Source: Octopus vulgaris
Lineage: Eukaryota
Reading direction: 5' to 3'
NCBI GenBank assembly: GCA_951406725.2
Contig: OX597821.1
Location: 77,252,001-77,316,000, forward strand
Length of the DNA stretch: 64,000 bases
Shown: piece after piece, positions 44,487 to 57,587 of the stretch
Numbering within the stretch: the stretch's first letter is position 1
How the letters are laid out: every line of letters starts with the position of its first letter
The notes under the pieces: model-generated
What the model was told of the DNA's origin: nothing
Seen by the model: only the letters and a program-made list of their open reading frames with translations
The model's database searches: none
Translations under genes and position numbers: made by a program

Positions 44487-44648
44487 AATACGACGAGCTT
44501 CTTTCAGTTTCCGTCCACCGAATCCACTCAGTAGGCTGTGGTCGGCCCGAGGCTACAGCAGAAGACACTTGTCCAAGTTGCTACGTAGTGGGACTGAACC
44601 CGGAACCATGTGCTTGAGAAGCAAGCTTCTTACCACACAGCCACTCCA
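44178..44648 (-). mobile_element. SINE family A copy with internal (CATA)n
   Basis: Reverse-complement match of head and tail. Confidence 0.85.
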
Positions 44649-44667
44649 TACATATATATATATGCAA

Positions 44668-44772
<105 letters not shown>

Positions 44773-44819
44773 CAGAGAGCGTGAGAGAGAGAGAAAGAAG
44801 GAAGATAGAAAAAAGACAG

Positions 44820-44956
44820 AGGATTCAGTTCCACTGCGTGTGCATTGCCTTGATCGTTCGGCAAGTGTCGTCTAATCTAGCTTAGGGCGAGTGACCGGCC
44901 AAAGTCTTGTGAGAGGATTTGGCACATGGTCTAATCTACTTGGGAAGAAGTTCGTC

Positions 44957-45001
<45 letters not shown>

Positions 45002-45055
45002 CATACATACATACATACATACATACATACATACATACATACATACATACATACA

Positions 45056-45086
<31 letters not shown>

Positions 45087-45322
45087 GTGTATATGTTTGT
45101 GTGTATTTGTATGTCTGTGTTTGTCCATCCGGCATCGCTTGACAACTGATGTCGGGGTGTTTACATCGCTGTAATTAAGCAGTTCCGCAAAAGTCACCGA
45201 TTTAATAAGTACAAGGTTTAAAAGGAATAAATCCTTGGGCTCGATTCGCTCGACTAAAGGCAGTGCTCTACCATGGCCGCAATGAAATGGCTGAAACAAG
45301 TAAAAGAATAAACGAATAAAGA
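44820..45322 (+). mobile_element. SINE family A copy, degenerate
   Basis: Contains ttcagttccactgcgtg, cgcttgacaactgatg and ctgaaacaagtaaaagaataaa. Confidence 0.8.
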
Positions 45323-45331
45323 ACATACGTG

Positions 45332-45391
<60 letters not shown>

Positions 45392-45612
45392 TGTGTGCAT
45401 GTATGGGGGGGATTTTATATATACGTAATTTTATATATATGTAATACGTATGTATTACATGTTTTTCTACATCGTATATCGTATGTCATATGTCATATAT
45501 CATATATTAGCGCTTTCGTCCATTCTAGTGGAATCTTCATATATATATATATATATATATGTATACACACACATATATATATATGTACACACACACGCAC
45601 ACACGCACACAC

Positions 45613-45657
<45 letters not shown>

Positions 45658-45676
45658 GTATATATATATATGTATG

Positions 45677-45734
<58 letters not shown>

Positions 45735-46173
45735 AATATATCTATTGACAATTAATAAATATATATATGCATATATGTATGTTGATTTAAATATAACAAA
45801 CCTACACGCACAAATATATTTACCCACACCTACATAATACGAGTACATACATCCGTACACAGACGTATATTTAGTACACACAAACTTATATAGTACTAAT
45901 AAATGCGGATGCGTATATATTACGTAAATACGTTGGTAAATTGTACATACTTTGGTATATGGTGTAGAACGCGTTCCTATATACTTGGTTCCATACATAC
46001 ATGCACATATGCGTATGTACAAATACACAACATACGTATACTTATATAAATATATATATATATGTATACGTGTGTGTATATATGTCTGTATGTATATATA
46101 TATATATATATATATATAGGTTTGTATATATATATATATATGTATAGAGAGAGAGAGAGAGAGAGAGGGAAAG

Positions 46174-46254
<81 letters not shown>

Positions 46255-46371
46255 GAAAGATGTGGGTGTAGATATATATACATACATATATGTATGTGTG
46301 CATATATATATGTAAATATATATGTACATATATATATATACATATATGTATATATGATGTATGTGTGTTTG

Positions 46372-46406
<35 letters not shown>

Positions 46407-46632
46407 ATAGATAGATAGACAGATATAGATACATACATATATGTACATATATATATATGATGTATGTATGTATGTATGTGTATATATCGATACAGGAGCA
46501 GACATTTCACAGCAAAAAGAATTCAGGAAAAATTAATTTGCGAAGATATCATTATTTCTGTAATATATTTGCCACTTAAATGTGGCTAATCAATATACGC
46601 GTGTGTGTGAGCGTGTGTGTGTATGTGTATGG

Positions 46633-46672
<40 letters not shown>

Positions 46673-46825
46673 CATATCCGTATATATACATATTATATAT
46701 ATGTATGTATCTATATATACATGTATATATATATATATGTATATAGGATGTATGTATGCGTGTATACACACGCACACACACATACACACACACACACGCA
46801 CATACACACACACACACAAACACAG

Positions 46826-46863
<38 letters not shown>

Positions 46864-47036
46864 TCTACGGGCTACTTTCAGTATCCGTCTACCAAGTCCA
46901 GATACGAGGCTTTAGTCAACCCGAGGTTATATTAGAAGACAGTAGCCGAATGTGCCACACAATGGGACCGAACCCGGAACCATGTTGTTGGGTATCATGT
47001 TTCTTAACCAGACATCCATGCACGCACATGCAAGAC

Positions 47037-47119
<83 letters not shown>

Positions 47120-47125
47120 CAGATA

Positions 47126-47331
<206 letters not shown>

Positions 47332-47578
47332 TAGATTGACATAGTACGAAGCTTACACGCGAATGCATATATAGATATAGACTAATGAAAGCACAACCTC
47401 TATTAGCAACAAATATACCTCTATACTTACATATGTACATACTTATACACACGCTTACATAATTTTAATTTGAATGCAAAATAAACAGGATAAGCAAATA
47501 TCGCGATGAATTCACCTTGAAAATTTCTAAAAAGAGGCAAAAACAGGAAAAGGACAAGTTTAGTAGGAAAGTTCTTAC

Positions 47579-47725
47579 CTGTGCACCGCTGCTGTTGTTG
47601 GAGGCGGCAACGGCTGCAACTGCAGCAGCGGTTGCAATAGATGCAGCCGTCGTGTCATCTGAATTAGCTCCTTTATAGGAGAGATAGGAAGGGTAGAGTT
47701 GATACATGACATCCACACATGACAT
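47579..47725 (-). CDS. vg: First coding exon of a vestigial / vestigial-like (VGLL2/3-type) TEAD cofactor
   Basis: 49 codons: MSCVDVMYQLYPSYLSYKGANSDDTTAASIATAAAVAAVAASNNSSGAQ. The N-terminus matches MSCLDVMYQ (VGLL2), MSCAEVMY (VGLL3) and SCPEVMY (fly Vg), and there is an Ala-rich tract as in fly Vg. The ATG has A at -3, and the exon ends CAG|GTAAGA (phase 0). The TDU domain exon was not seen. Confidence 0.85.
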
Positions 47726-48197
47726 TATGGTGAGATTCGAGATGATGCGTTTAGTTGCACCTTATTTACACAACTAGCTGCTGCTAACATTTTTTTTCTT
47801 TCTTTCGTTTTGTTTCTTTTTTTTTTTGTTTTTGTTTTTTCTTTCGTTCTGTCTGGAGCAGACGACAGATAGATTTGAGAGAGAGTAAGAGAGACAGACA
47901 GACAGAGAGAGAGAAACAGACAGACAAACAGAGAGAAGGGGAGAGTTAGAGGTAGATAATGAAAATGAAAGATTGAGTGAGAGAAAGAGAGAACGGAAGA
48001 GAGAGATGAGAGAAAGAGAGAATGAGAAATGAAATAATTTGTTCCGTTGAAAGTATATGTAAAAGAGAACGAAAGAAAAGTTTTTGTTTGTTTGTTTGTT
48101 TGTTTTATGAGCGACTGAGTTACTAATTATATTTAAGCAAAGCAGAGAAATTGGTGCTGTTGCAGTGAAAAAAATGTGTTTGATGGAGGGATGTTGC

Positions 48198-48234
<37 letters not shown>

Positions 48235-48422
48235 TGATACAGAGAGGGAGGAAGGTGAGAGAGTGATTGTGCAAGAGAAAGTGAGAGAGTGGGGGAAAAG
48301 GAGAAACAAAATGATCGGCTGCTGTTAGACACAGAGTGAGAAGGAGATAGTGAGAAGTGGTTGGAGGTGTAAGAGTCAGAGAGAGGGGAGATTAATAAGA
48401 AGTGGTAGGAGGTATAAAAATC

Positions 48423-48453
<31 letters not shown>

Positions 48454-49900
48454 TAATGAGAAGTGGTAAGAAGTGTAAGAATCAGAGAGAGGGGGAGATT
48501 AATAAGAAGTGGTGTGAGGTATACGAATCAGAGAGAGAGAGAATGATAATGAGAAGTGGTAGGAGGTGAAAGAGTCCGAGAGAAAGTGGGTGATAATGTG
48601 TGAAGTGGTAAGAGGCGTAAAAGTCAGAAAGAGAAGGGGAGATAATGGGAAGTGACTGGAGGCGTAAGAATCAGAGAGAGAGGGGCAAAGAACAAGAAGG
48701 GGGAACGGGAAAAGTGGTGAGAGGTAAGAGTCAGAGAGAGAGGGGGAGGAAAAATATTGTGTAAAAGAAGAAATAGGTGACTGTGTGTGTGTGACAGGAG
48801 AGTGAGGTGAGAGGAGTAAACTTTTGAGAGCCAAAAAATGATGTTCCGGTTGAGAATAAGAAAATATAACAATGGTAAAAGATGAAAGGGAAACACGAAG
48901 AGAAAACGTATTTCAGTGAAAGCTAGAGGAAGTAAAGAGGGTGGCTGGGTAAAAGAAAGGAAGGATGAGAGAGGGAGAGAGAGAGAGAGTGAGCGAGATA
49001 GAGGGTAAGTAAGAGCGAGGGACTGAGGCGAGTTTGGGGTGGAGAGAGAGAGAGAAAGAAAGGGATATAAGGAGGTAAAGAGGAAGTGAGAGAGAGAGAG
49101 TGAGAGTGAGAGTGTTTAACTGCTGGCGGATGGAGTGTCGGTGTGAGGGGGCGTTAGGAGGAGTGAAAGAACTTGGGATGGAGGGAGGGAGGGAGGGAGA
49201 GTGTGAGGGTGTGAGAAAGTGTGGGAGTGAAAGGATAAACGAATGAGGGAGTGTGAGGGTGTGGGAGGTTGAGGGCGGTTGGGAAAGAGGGGTAAGTTTT
49301 TGAGAGAAGAAATTACTTTCCGGAAGAAGTTAAGAGAAAAATAAAAAAAGGCAAAAATAATGAAACCAAACAACAACTACAAATAAAAGGTAAAAAAAAA
49401 ATGAAAAATTTTTGCAGCAAAATTCGAAATAAAATCGGTGAAGAAAGAGGAATGGTGAGAGAGATGTATGAGGGTAGATGAGGAGGAGAAGGAGAGAGTA
49501 GGAGAAGGAGGAGGAAGAGGAGGAGGAGGAGGAAGTGGAGGAGGAAGTGGAGGATGAAGAGGTGATGGTGGTTGTGGTGGGGGGAGAAGTAGAAGGAAGA
49601 GGAGGTGATGGTGGTGGTGGTGGTGGTGGTGGTGGTGGAGGAGAAGGCGGAGGAGGAGGGGAGGAGGAGGAAAAGTAGGAGGACAGAGGTAGAAAGGCAG
49701 CAGGAAGAGAGGAAAGGAGAAAGAGGTAAGGGGAGAGGGGAATTAGTGAAACGAGATGAAGTCAGAGCGAGACGGTGAGAGAAAGAAAGAGACAAGGAGA
49801 ATAAGGTTTAGTGAAAGAGAGGAACAAGACCGAGAAGAAGTGAGTGAGAGTTGAGTGTGGGGAAAAAAAATTGGGAAAGAAGGGCGAAAAAGTGAGAGGG
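47726..49900 (-). promoter_or_regulatory. Putative 5' UTR / promoter region of the vg-like gene
   Basis: About 2.1 kb directly upstream of the ATG; GA/GGA-rich on plus and free of the SINEs and (TA)n tracts found everywhere else. The TSS was not identified. Confidence 0.45.
48340..48750. repeat. Degenerate ~45-60 bp tandem repeat
   Basis: Recurrent unit (t)aat(g/a)agaagtggt..gaggt.taaga.tcagagagag, seen about 7 times. Confidence 0.8.
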
Positions 49901-50011
49901 GACCAGTGGTTTTTAATCGGGATCCGTATGACCCCTGGAGGTCAATTTAAGAGTTTGTCGATGAAATTTATACGCAATAAAGTGCTTTTTTTTTAAATGC
50001 TATTTCCAATA

Positions 50012-50258
50012 CAGTAAAACCTCGCAGTACGAGTGTCCCATTATACGAGTAATTTACAGTATGAACCGAGACTCATTCAACTTTTTGTCTTGAAGTACAA
50101 GCAGAAATCCGCAGGAGTGGCTGTGTGGTAAGTAGCTTGCTAACCAACCACATGGTTCCGGGTTCAGTCCCACTGCGTGGCATCTTGGGCAAGTGTCTTC
50201 TGTTATAGCCCCGGGCCGTCCAATGCCTTGTGAGTGGATTTGGTAGACGGAAGCTGCC

Positions 50259-50290
<32 letters not shown>

Positions 50291-50805
50291 GTGTGTGTGT
50301 GTTTGTTTGTGTGTCTGTGTTTGTCCCCCTAGCATTGCTTGACAACCGATGCTGGTGTGTTTACGTCCCCGTCACTTAGCGGTTCGGCAAAAAGAGACCG
50401 ATAGAATAAGTACTGGGCTTACAAAGAATAAGTCCCGGGGTCGATTTGCTCGACTAAAGGCGGTGCTCCAGCATGGCCGCAGTCAAATGACTGAAACAAG
50501 TAAAAGAGAGTAAAGAGAGAGTACAAGCACACAAATCATCCCATCTATAAGGTAATTCAGTTAATAAAACCAGTTTACATATTTCTTTTGCATTCTCTTT
50601 TTTTAAATTGTCATTTTACTTCTAATTACATCTTTTCTGTTTTAAAACCCGTAAAAAATTAATTTTGGGTGGTTTGGCGGGTGGCTGGAACGGATTAATT
50701 ATACTTTAATTGATTTCAACGGAAAAAATTGATTTGTAAAACGAGTAAATCGTAAGATGAGTTTGGTCATGGGATGAATTAAACTCGTACTGCGAGGTAT
50801 CACTG
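50012..50805. mobile_element. pogo/Tigger-like MITE with TA target duplication
   Basis: TA|CAGTAAAACCTCGCAGTACGAGT ... ACTCGTACTGCGAGGTATCACTG|TA (23-bp TIR, 2 mismatches). Confidence 0.8.
50104..50519 (+). mobile_element. SINE family A nested in the MITE, 10-bp TSD
   Basis: agtacaagca at 50094-50103 and 50520-50529 flanks a near-consensus copy. Confidence 0.9.
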
Positions 50806-51879
50806 TAATATTTAATTATTCTTTCTATTATAGGAACAAGGCCTAGATTTTTGTGGGGAGGGGTACAATCGATCACATCGACCCCAGTACTTGACTGGTA
50901 CTTAATTTATCGACCCCGAAAGCATGAAAGGCTTACCACAGTGGGCTCTCGTCACAACACAGATGGACGGGTCGCAACCTCCAAGATATTGCCAACAGCA
51001 AAAGTGTGAGTAAGAGTGGCGTCCCAGACAAACTTAAAAACCGAAAGGCGTCCAGAAAACCTGTCATCGCATTCAGATGCTTCCCATTGCGACGATCGGG
51101 TCCGATAGGTACCAAACTGAATCGAAGGACTGGCTTTTAACAAACTCACTGAGACAAAAGACTCGTTTAATTATATTGTTATTTCAGTATTTCAAGGATG
51201 TCAATCTTTCAGATTAATCTTTTGATTACACTGGCATCTCGATCTTCGGTACACGTTATCACTCATGGTATAATCCATTATTGTAAAACAGGTGCTGTGT
51301 ACGGTCTATGAGGATTTTGTGGTATTAGAACTGATCCTCTCAAGTAATGCAGTCATAGTGTGCAGTACTGAAATATATATAGCTGGAACACTACACGCAT
51401 TATGTAAAAAAAGGATACATTTCAGTAGGCAACGTTTCCATGCGACTGGTAACGCAAATGTAATACAAAGCTTTAAGCCTAAATTTCAGTCTGCATGTTC
51501 AGGAGCAAATGGAAGTTACGATGACTTCCTGATTCTCAAACTGTCTACTTTTAGTATTGGGAGTGGCTTTTAATCAAATTGTGACGTTGAAACTAACATT
51601 TGATAAGTCTCTCCTTCTTAAACCGATCGACGGCAGTGAGCTGATCGATTCCTCGGTATTCTACTACAGTAAAGCTGAAATGCATTAATGGGGAGACTGT
51701 GAAATAGTCTGTCAGCATATTGACATCAGATTAGACGTCCAACTGTTTCAGTTTCTACCATTCCTGTTCTTCCTTCCTCTTTTACATAGAGATGGCGGTT
51801 AATGTAACTAACCGGGATGGGAGACTGTGCAAATATCAAGCTCTTCGTTTAATGGACCGTTGATAACAACTCATGTGTA

Positions 51880-52200
51880 AGTGCGCGTGGCTTAGTGGTT
51901 AGGGCATTCGGCTCAAAATCGTCAGGTCATGGGTTCGATTCCCTGCGATGCATTGTGTCCTTGAGCAAGACACTTTATTTCATGTTGCTCCAGTTCACTC
52001 AGCCGGCAAAAATAAGTTGTGCATGTAATTTAAAGGGCCAACCTTGTACCATTCTGTGTTACGCTGAATCTCCCTGATAACTATATTAAGGGTAATCGTG
52101 TCTGCGGAGTGCTCGGCCACTTGCACGTTAATCCCACGGGTAAGCTGTTCCGTTAACTGGATTAACTAGAACGCACGTCGTCGTAAACGACGGTGTGTCA
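51880..52200 (+). mobile_element. SINE with family D head/CORE and family C tail
   Basis: Head tggcttagtggttagggc, ggttcgattccc, gtgtccttgagcaagacactttatttc; tail acgctgaatctccctga.aact..ttaagggt...ggagtgctc.gccactt.cacgttaat as in 31317. Confidence 0.8.
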
Positions 52201-52494
52201 GATGGCAACTCATAAGGTCACTGTGTGATTTCGTCCTTCTCCGTTGTGTTCAATATGAATACTTCAAGACTATGCTTGTTTTGCATTGCGACGAATTGTA
52301 CCAAGCAACAAGAGACAACAGAGGGTGATTCACTGATATTGCCGTCATCCAAGTACAAAGTATTGTAAAGCTATTCTATACTTTAATTACTATATTACTA
52401 CATAAAATTGTTGTTGCCATGGACATAATTTGGTCATTAAAAATCAAAGTAGGTGGCGGGGATGCGTGTTCTCTTCTCAATATTGGATATTTCT

Positions 52495-52891
52495 TAAGGC
52501 GGTGAGCTGGCAGAAGCGTTAGCACATCGGGTGAAATACTTAGCGGTATTTCGTCTGCTGCTACGTTCTGAGTTCAAATTCCGCCGAGGTCGACTTTGCT
52601 TTCATCCTTTCGGGGTCAATTAAATAAGTACCAGTTACGCACTGGCGTCGATATAATCGACTTAATCCGTTTGTCTGTCCTTGTTTGTTCTCTCTGTGTT
52701 TAGCCCCTTGTGGATAGTAAAGAAATAGGTATTTCGTCTGTCTTTACATTCTAAGTTCAAATTCCGCCGAGGTCGACTTTGCTTTCATCCTTTCGGGGTC
52801 GATAAATTAAGTACCAGTTATGCACTGGGGTCGATCTAATCGACTGGCTCTCTCCCTCAAAATTTCGGGCCGTGTGCCTTGAGTAGAAAAG
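52495..52891 (+). mobile_element. Dimeric SINE family B with 16-bp TSD
   Basis: aatattggatatttct at 52479-52494 and 52892-52907. The body ggtatttcgtctg...gcactgg.gtcgat occurs twice, with two different tails. Confidence 0.92.
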
Positions 52892-53207
52892 AATATTGGA
52901 TATTTCTGTTTCGGATTTAGGTATGAGCATTCACGAAAAAGCAAGGTTGTCTTGTGTTGTAAGAATTATATGCAATTCGACCAAAGTTTCTGTTGGGTTT
53001 CTCTCAATGTTAGAACACAGCCACGCACTTCCTTCCCTAGTAGAATCAAACTGATTCGGTCGTAATTCAGCTCACAATTCCGGTTTGACCTTTTGAATAG
53101 GAATTTTGGATCCCAAACTCATGAAAGTGTTATATATATATATAGTGTTGCCGAATACCGTGTTTCGGCTATATAGAGAGGTTGCCTGCTTTACATATAT
53201 TGTCTGC

Positions 53208-53269
<62 letters not shown>

Positions 53270-53377
53270 ATCCAAACAAGAAAACCCAAAAAACAACAAA
53301 AAAAAAACACAGCAACGCGAGGACGTGGAACAAATTAAGTATTATTGGACGCTCAGGAAAGAAGGGAAGAAGGAGGG

Positions 53378-53406
53378 TTTAACGTTTCGAGCGGAACTCT
53401 TCGTCG

Positions 53407-53410
<4 letters not shown>
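53378..53410 (-). ncRNA. Minimal hammerhead-like motif (U4C), same family as 19644
   Basis: AUU-CCGACGA-A-GAGU UCC GCUC-GAAA-CGU-U-AAA. The element (~53265-53410) has (TA)n on both sides and is cut off just 5' of the motif. Confidence 0.55.
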
Positions 53411-53480
<70 letters not shown>

Positions 53481-53799
53481 ATGCATATATATATATGCAC
53501 TGGCATTTCGTATCATATCCACAAAGCAGTTATCGTATTTTGGATACACAATGCACCACAAATCATTGCCCAAGATGGTCCTGATAAGAAGTGTGGAGGG
53601 AAAGGGAGCAGGAGGGCATCAAAGACGTTTGTGAATTGGCAACACGAAAGAATGGACTAGAAACAGGGGTCTGGCTGATTGTATGCATGCAATCCAACAC
53701 AGAGAGAACTGGAGAATTTTGGCAAGCTAATCCCTGGGCACAGGGAAGACTCCTGACCGACGGCTTATATAAGCGTATTGTTCTCTGGGCATTTTTCTA

Positions 53800-53850
<51 letters not shown>

Positions 53851-54280
53851 GCACGCACATGTATATAAAATAAAAAATGTAGTTCATTGAGACGATAAAA
53901 GAAGATACGGGGAAAGCAGGGACGCGGACATGTTCAGCCCCTCATCAGTCATCAAGGGAATGTTGTAATTTCGATACCTACAGTAATACTGTCCAATCGT
54001 ATAAACATATACGAATTATTTTTAAAATTCAAATGAGCTCAAAAGTAGTATTTAATAACTGCTTCGACATAACATATATTTGATATGAAGGTGTACAGAA
54101 AATATGATTAAATTTTAACTGAAATACTTTGAAGGTTTGGATCGAAAGAAAATTAAATATGCAAAAAAATGTTTTATATAAATTAATTTTATAATTTATT
54201 GAGGTTAAAACAATAAAATGTTTATTTAATTAAGATTTCTCTAACCAGCGATTCAGATGTAACATAAATCATTCATATTA

Positions 54281-54722
54281 ATGACTTATGTGGTGTTTAA
54301 TGCTTAATGATTTATGTGGTGTTTAATGCTTAATGATTTATGTGGTGTATAATGCTTAATGACTTATGCGGTGTTTAATGCTTGATGACTTATGTGGTGT
54401 TTAATGCTTAATGACTTATGTGGTGTTTAATGCTTAATGATTTATGTGGTGTTTAATGCTTAATGATTTATGTGGTGTATAATGCTTAATGACTTATGCG
54501 GTGTTTAATGCTTGATGACTTATGTGGTGTTTAATGCTTAATGACTTATGTGGTGTTTAATGCTTAATGATTTATGTGGTGTTTAATGCTTAATGATTTA
54601 TGTGGTGTATAATGCTTAATGACTTATGCGGTGTTTAATGCTTGATGACTTATGTGGTGTTTAATGTTTAATGACTTATATAGTGTTTAATGCTTAATGA
54701 CTTATGAGGTGTTTAATGTTTA
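54281..54722. repeat. 26-bp minisatellite, 17 units, with 130-bp higher-order period
   Basis: Unit atgacttatgtggtgtttaatgctta; the five-variant block restarts at 54281, 54411 and 54541. Confidence 0.95.
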
Positions 54723-55501
54723 GATTTCACTTACTTTGGTTCATATGCAAATGATATCACCGATGATATCACTTAAAAATTTCGTTCCTAAAATTACTTG
54801 AACTTGTAGCCCTTTCTTTTAGTCCAACAGCTGAACTAAATGGTAAAAAAATTAAGTATGCAATCAACATAAATGAATAATTTTGCGGAACACAAAAGAT
54901 GTAAGTATATATAAATATGTAACGGTACTTCGAATCCGAAGCGCTAGGTGACCTGTCATGCATCACGACCGAACCACAATAGTTTCACATGATCGGTCTA
55001 TTAAGCAATTGATCAGCGTCAAGCCATCGCGTGATTCAATTTCCTAGAATCTTCTGGTGTCTTATATAAGAGTCGCTTTTGGCGCCAACACTCTTTGCAG
55101 AGCGTTGAAACCATCCAACTCATTCGCACGTCTCGCCTCTTGCCAGGTGTGCGATGTGTTTCTATTCTTGCCAAAGCCAGACAACCCAAGAACCGGTTAA
55201 ATAGATGTCAGATATATAACAGGAATGTCCATCGCCAGGAATATAGCACAATTGTTTTGTAATTATGTTGGGTCATCCACATGTTGTATCATTAAACTTG
55301 CCATAAACTCTAAGCAGCATCTCACTCTCTGAGTGTAATTATTGTTGTTGTTATTTGTAAAAGACCAACACAGTGTCACTCTGTGGGCAATAATAGAATA
55401 TTCTGTTAAATGTTCGCGGATATTGTCAGCTTCCAAGAAACACCTTTTCATTCATCAGCTCAACCAGTCAGCACACACCAGCCAACACACATGTGTGTGT
55501 G

Positions 55502-55541
<40 letters not shown>

Positions 55542-55574
55542 CATACATACATACATATATATACATAAACATAT

Positions 55575-55617
<43 letters not shown>

Positions 55618-55636
55618 TGCATGTATGTATGTATGT

Positions 55637-55740
55637 CATTATTCAGTTTATTTCAAAATTTCTTGCGCATAGCGGAAGAACAGGTTTCTAACCTAAATCC
55701 GAAGCTCCTTCATTGGAATTTCAACATCGACAACAGAACA
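55637..55740 (-). mobile_element. 3'-terminal fragment of the 29213 element, in (TATG)n
   Basis: Reverse complement of gttgaaattccaatgaaggagc...gaaataaactgaataatg. Confidence 0.75.
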
Positions 55741-56581
55741 TTTTTGTATGACTGTATGCATGTTTGTATGTATGTATGTATGTATGTATGTATGTATGTA
55801 TGTATGTATGTATGTGTGTGTGTGTATGTGTGTGTGTATGGAAGTTATAGCCTTAACAGTGGTTGATGAAGCAAATAACGAAAAGCCGACATCTTTCTTG
55901 TCTTTTGCTTCCTCGCGTGTAACCAAAGCCCTCTAAGAAACTCGATGCCCAAAAGCGAGGCGTCGCATTCGCTCAGAATCTTTTCTATCGGACGGACAGA
56001 TCTTCGACACATCAGTGATAATATTGCAAAGACCAGCCCTCTTCTTTTGGTCAGAAAACTACTTTAGGCTCACAAACAACTAAGTGTCAGTAAACTTCTA
56101 GGAAATTCAACTCGAGGCTTTTTTTAATGTTCTGCTTTCCCATAAGAGGGACACTTTCCTGCAAAACTGCAAAGGAATAAAAAACAAAACACCACCAACT
56201 GCCTAGGGTCATGAGAGCAGGCATACATAAACACACATGAAAAAAAGACCCATCGGTCATGAATGAGCATGGCATTGCACCTAGAAAGATCCGCTCCGAA
56301 GCACGAGTCCGGGCAAGGTTGTTTATGGAAGACCAGCAGTCATCCATGCATGCCACACTCCCCTCTTCGTGCCACCGATGTCATCTAAGAGAAAGACAAA
56401 GGACAGCTTGGAACCAGTGACGTCACTACTCATTTCTACAGCTGAGTGACCTGAAGCAACGTGAAGTAATGTGTCTTGCTCAAGAGACACAACACACAGC
56501 CCGCTCCGAGAATCAAACTCACTACCTCATGACTGTGAGCCCAAGGCTCTAACCAGTTAGCCAGGCGCTTTCACACACACG

Positions 56582-56651
<70 letters not shown>

Positions 56652-56681
56652 TGAAACAAGTAAAAGAGTAAAAAATATATC

Positions 56682-56716
<35 letters not shown>

Positions 56717-56777
56717 TACAAACATATGCATATACAGAATAAAAGGATATATATACATATATATGTGTGTGTGTATG

Positions 56778-56826
<49 letters not shown>

Positions 56827-56936
56827 ATATGCATTTATATATATATACATATACATATATATGTATATATATCCTTTTATTCTGTATATGCATATGTTTC
56901 TAGTATATATATATATATACATATACACACACATGT

Positions 56937-56991
<55 letters not shown>

Positions 56992-57555
56992 ACAAACATA
57001 AACATATGTATATATATACATGTAGATATATCTGGGTATACACGTGTGTCTGTGTGTTGATGTGCTACATGTATGCATATAAGCACAAATGTTTATGCAC
57101 ACAAACACACACATACACATGTATGTATGTATAAAATATATAAACACTAATGATGTATAGATATGTCTGCACTCGTTGATGCATAGAAATGTGTGCATCG
57201 ATTATAAAGCATATACACATATGTAATATATACATAGATCCATTTGTACTGAAATGAGACCACATGCTAAGCACACACACATACACATACACAGACATAC
57301 ACACACATATAAATGCATGCAGGTGCGAACACACACGTATAGATGCATGCACGTTCATACAAAGACGAACATGTTTGAGTACACACACACATACACAAAC
57401 ATGTACACATATATACACACACAGATACACTCACCTGTACACACATAAACACACACACACGCACATACACACACATACACACATACAAACATACATATAC
57501 ACACATACACACACATACATACACACACATACATACACACACATACACACATATA

Positions 57556-57587
<32 letters not shown>

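Noticed and set aside
47465-47578. Extension of the vg-like ORF to 86 aa
   Set aside because: It reads through a consensus GTAAG donor into intron-like sequence.
54281-54722. CRISPR-like regular array
   Set aside because: No unique spacers, no cas genes, and eukaryotic context; it is a minisatellite.
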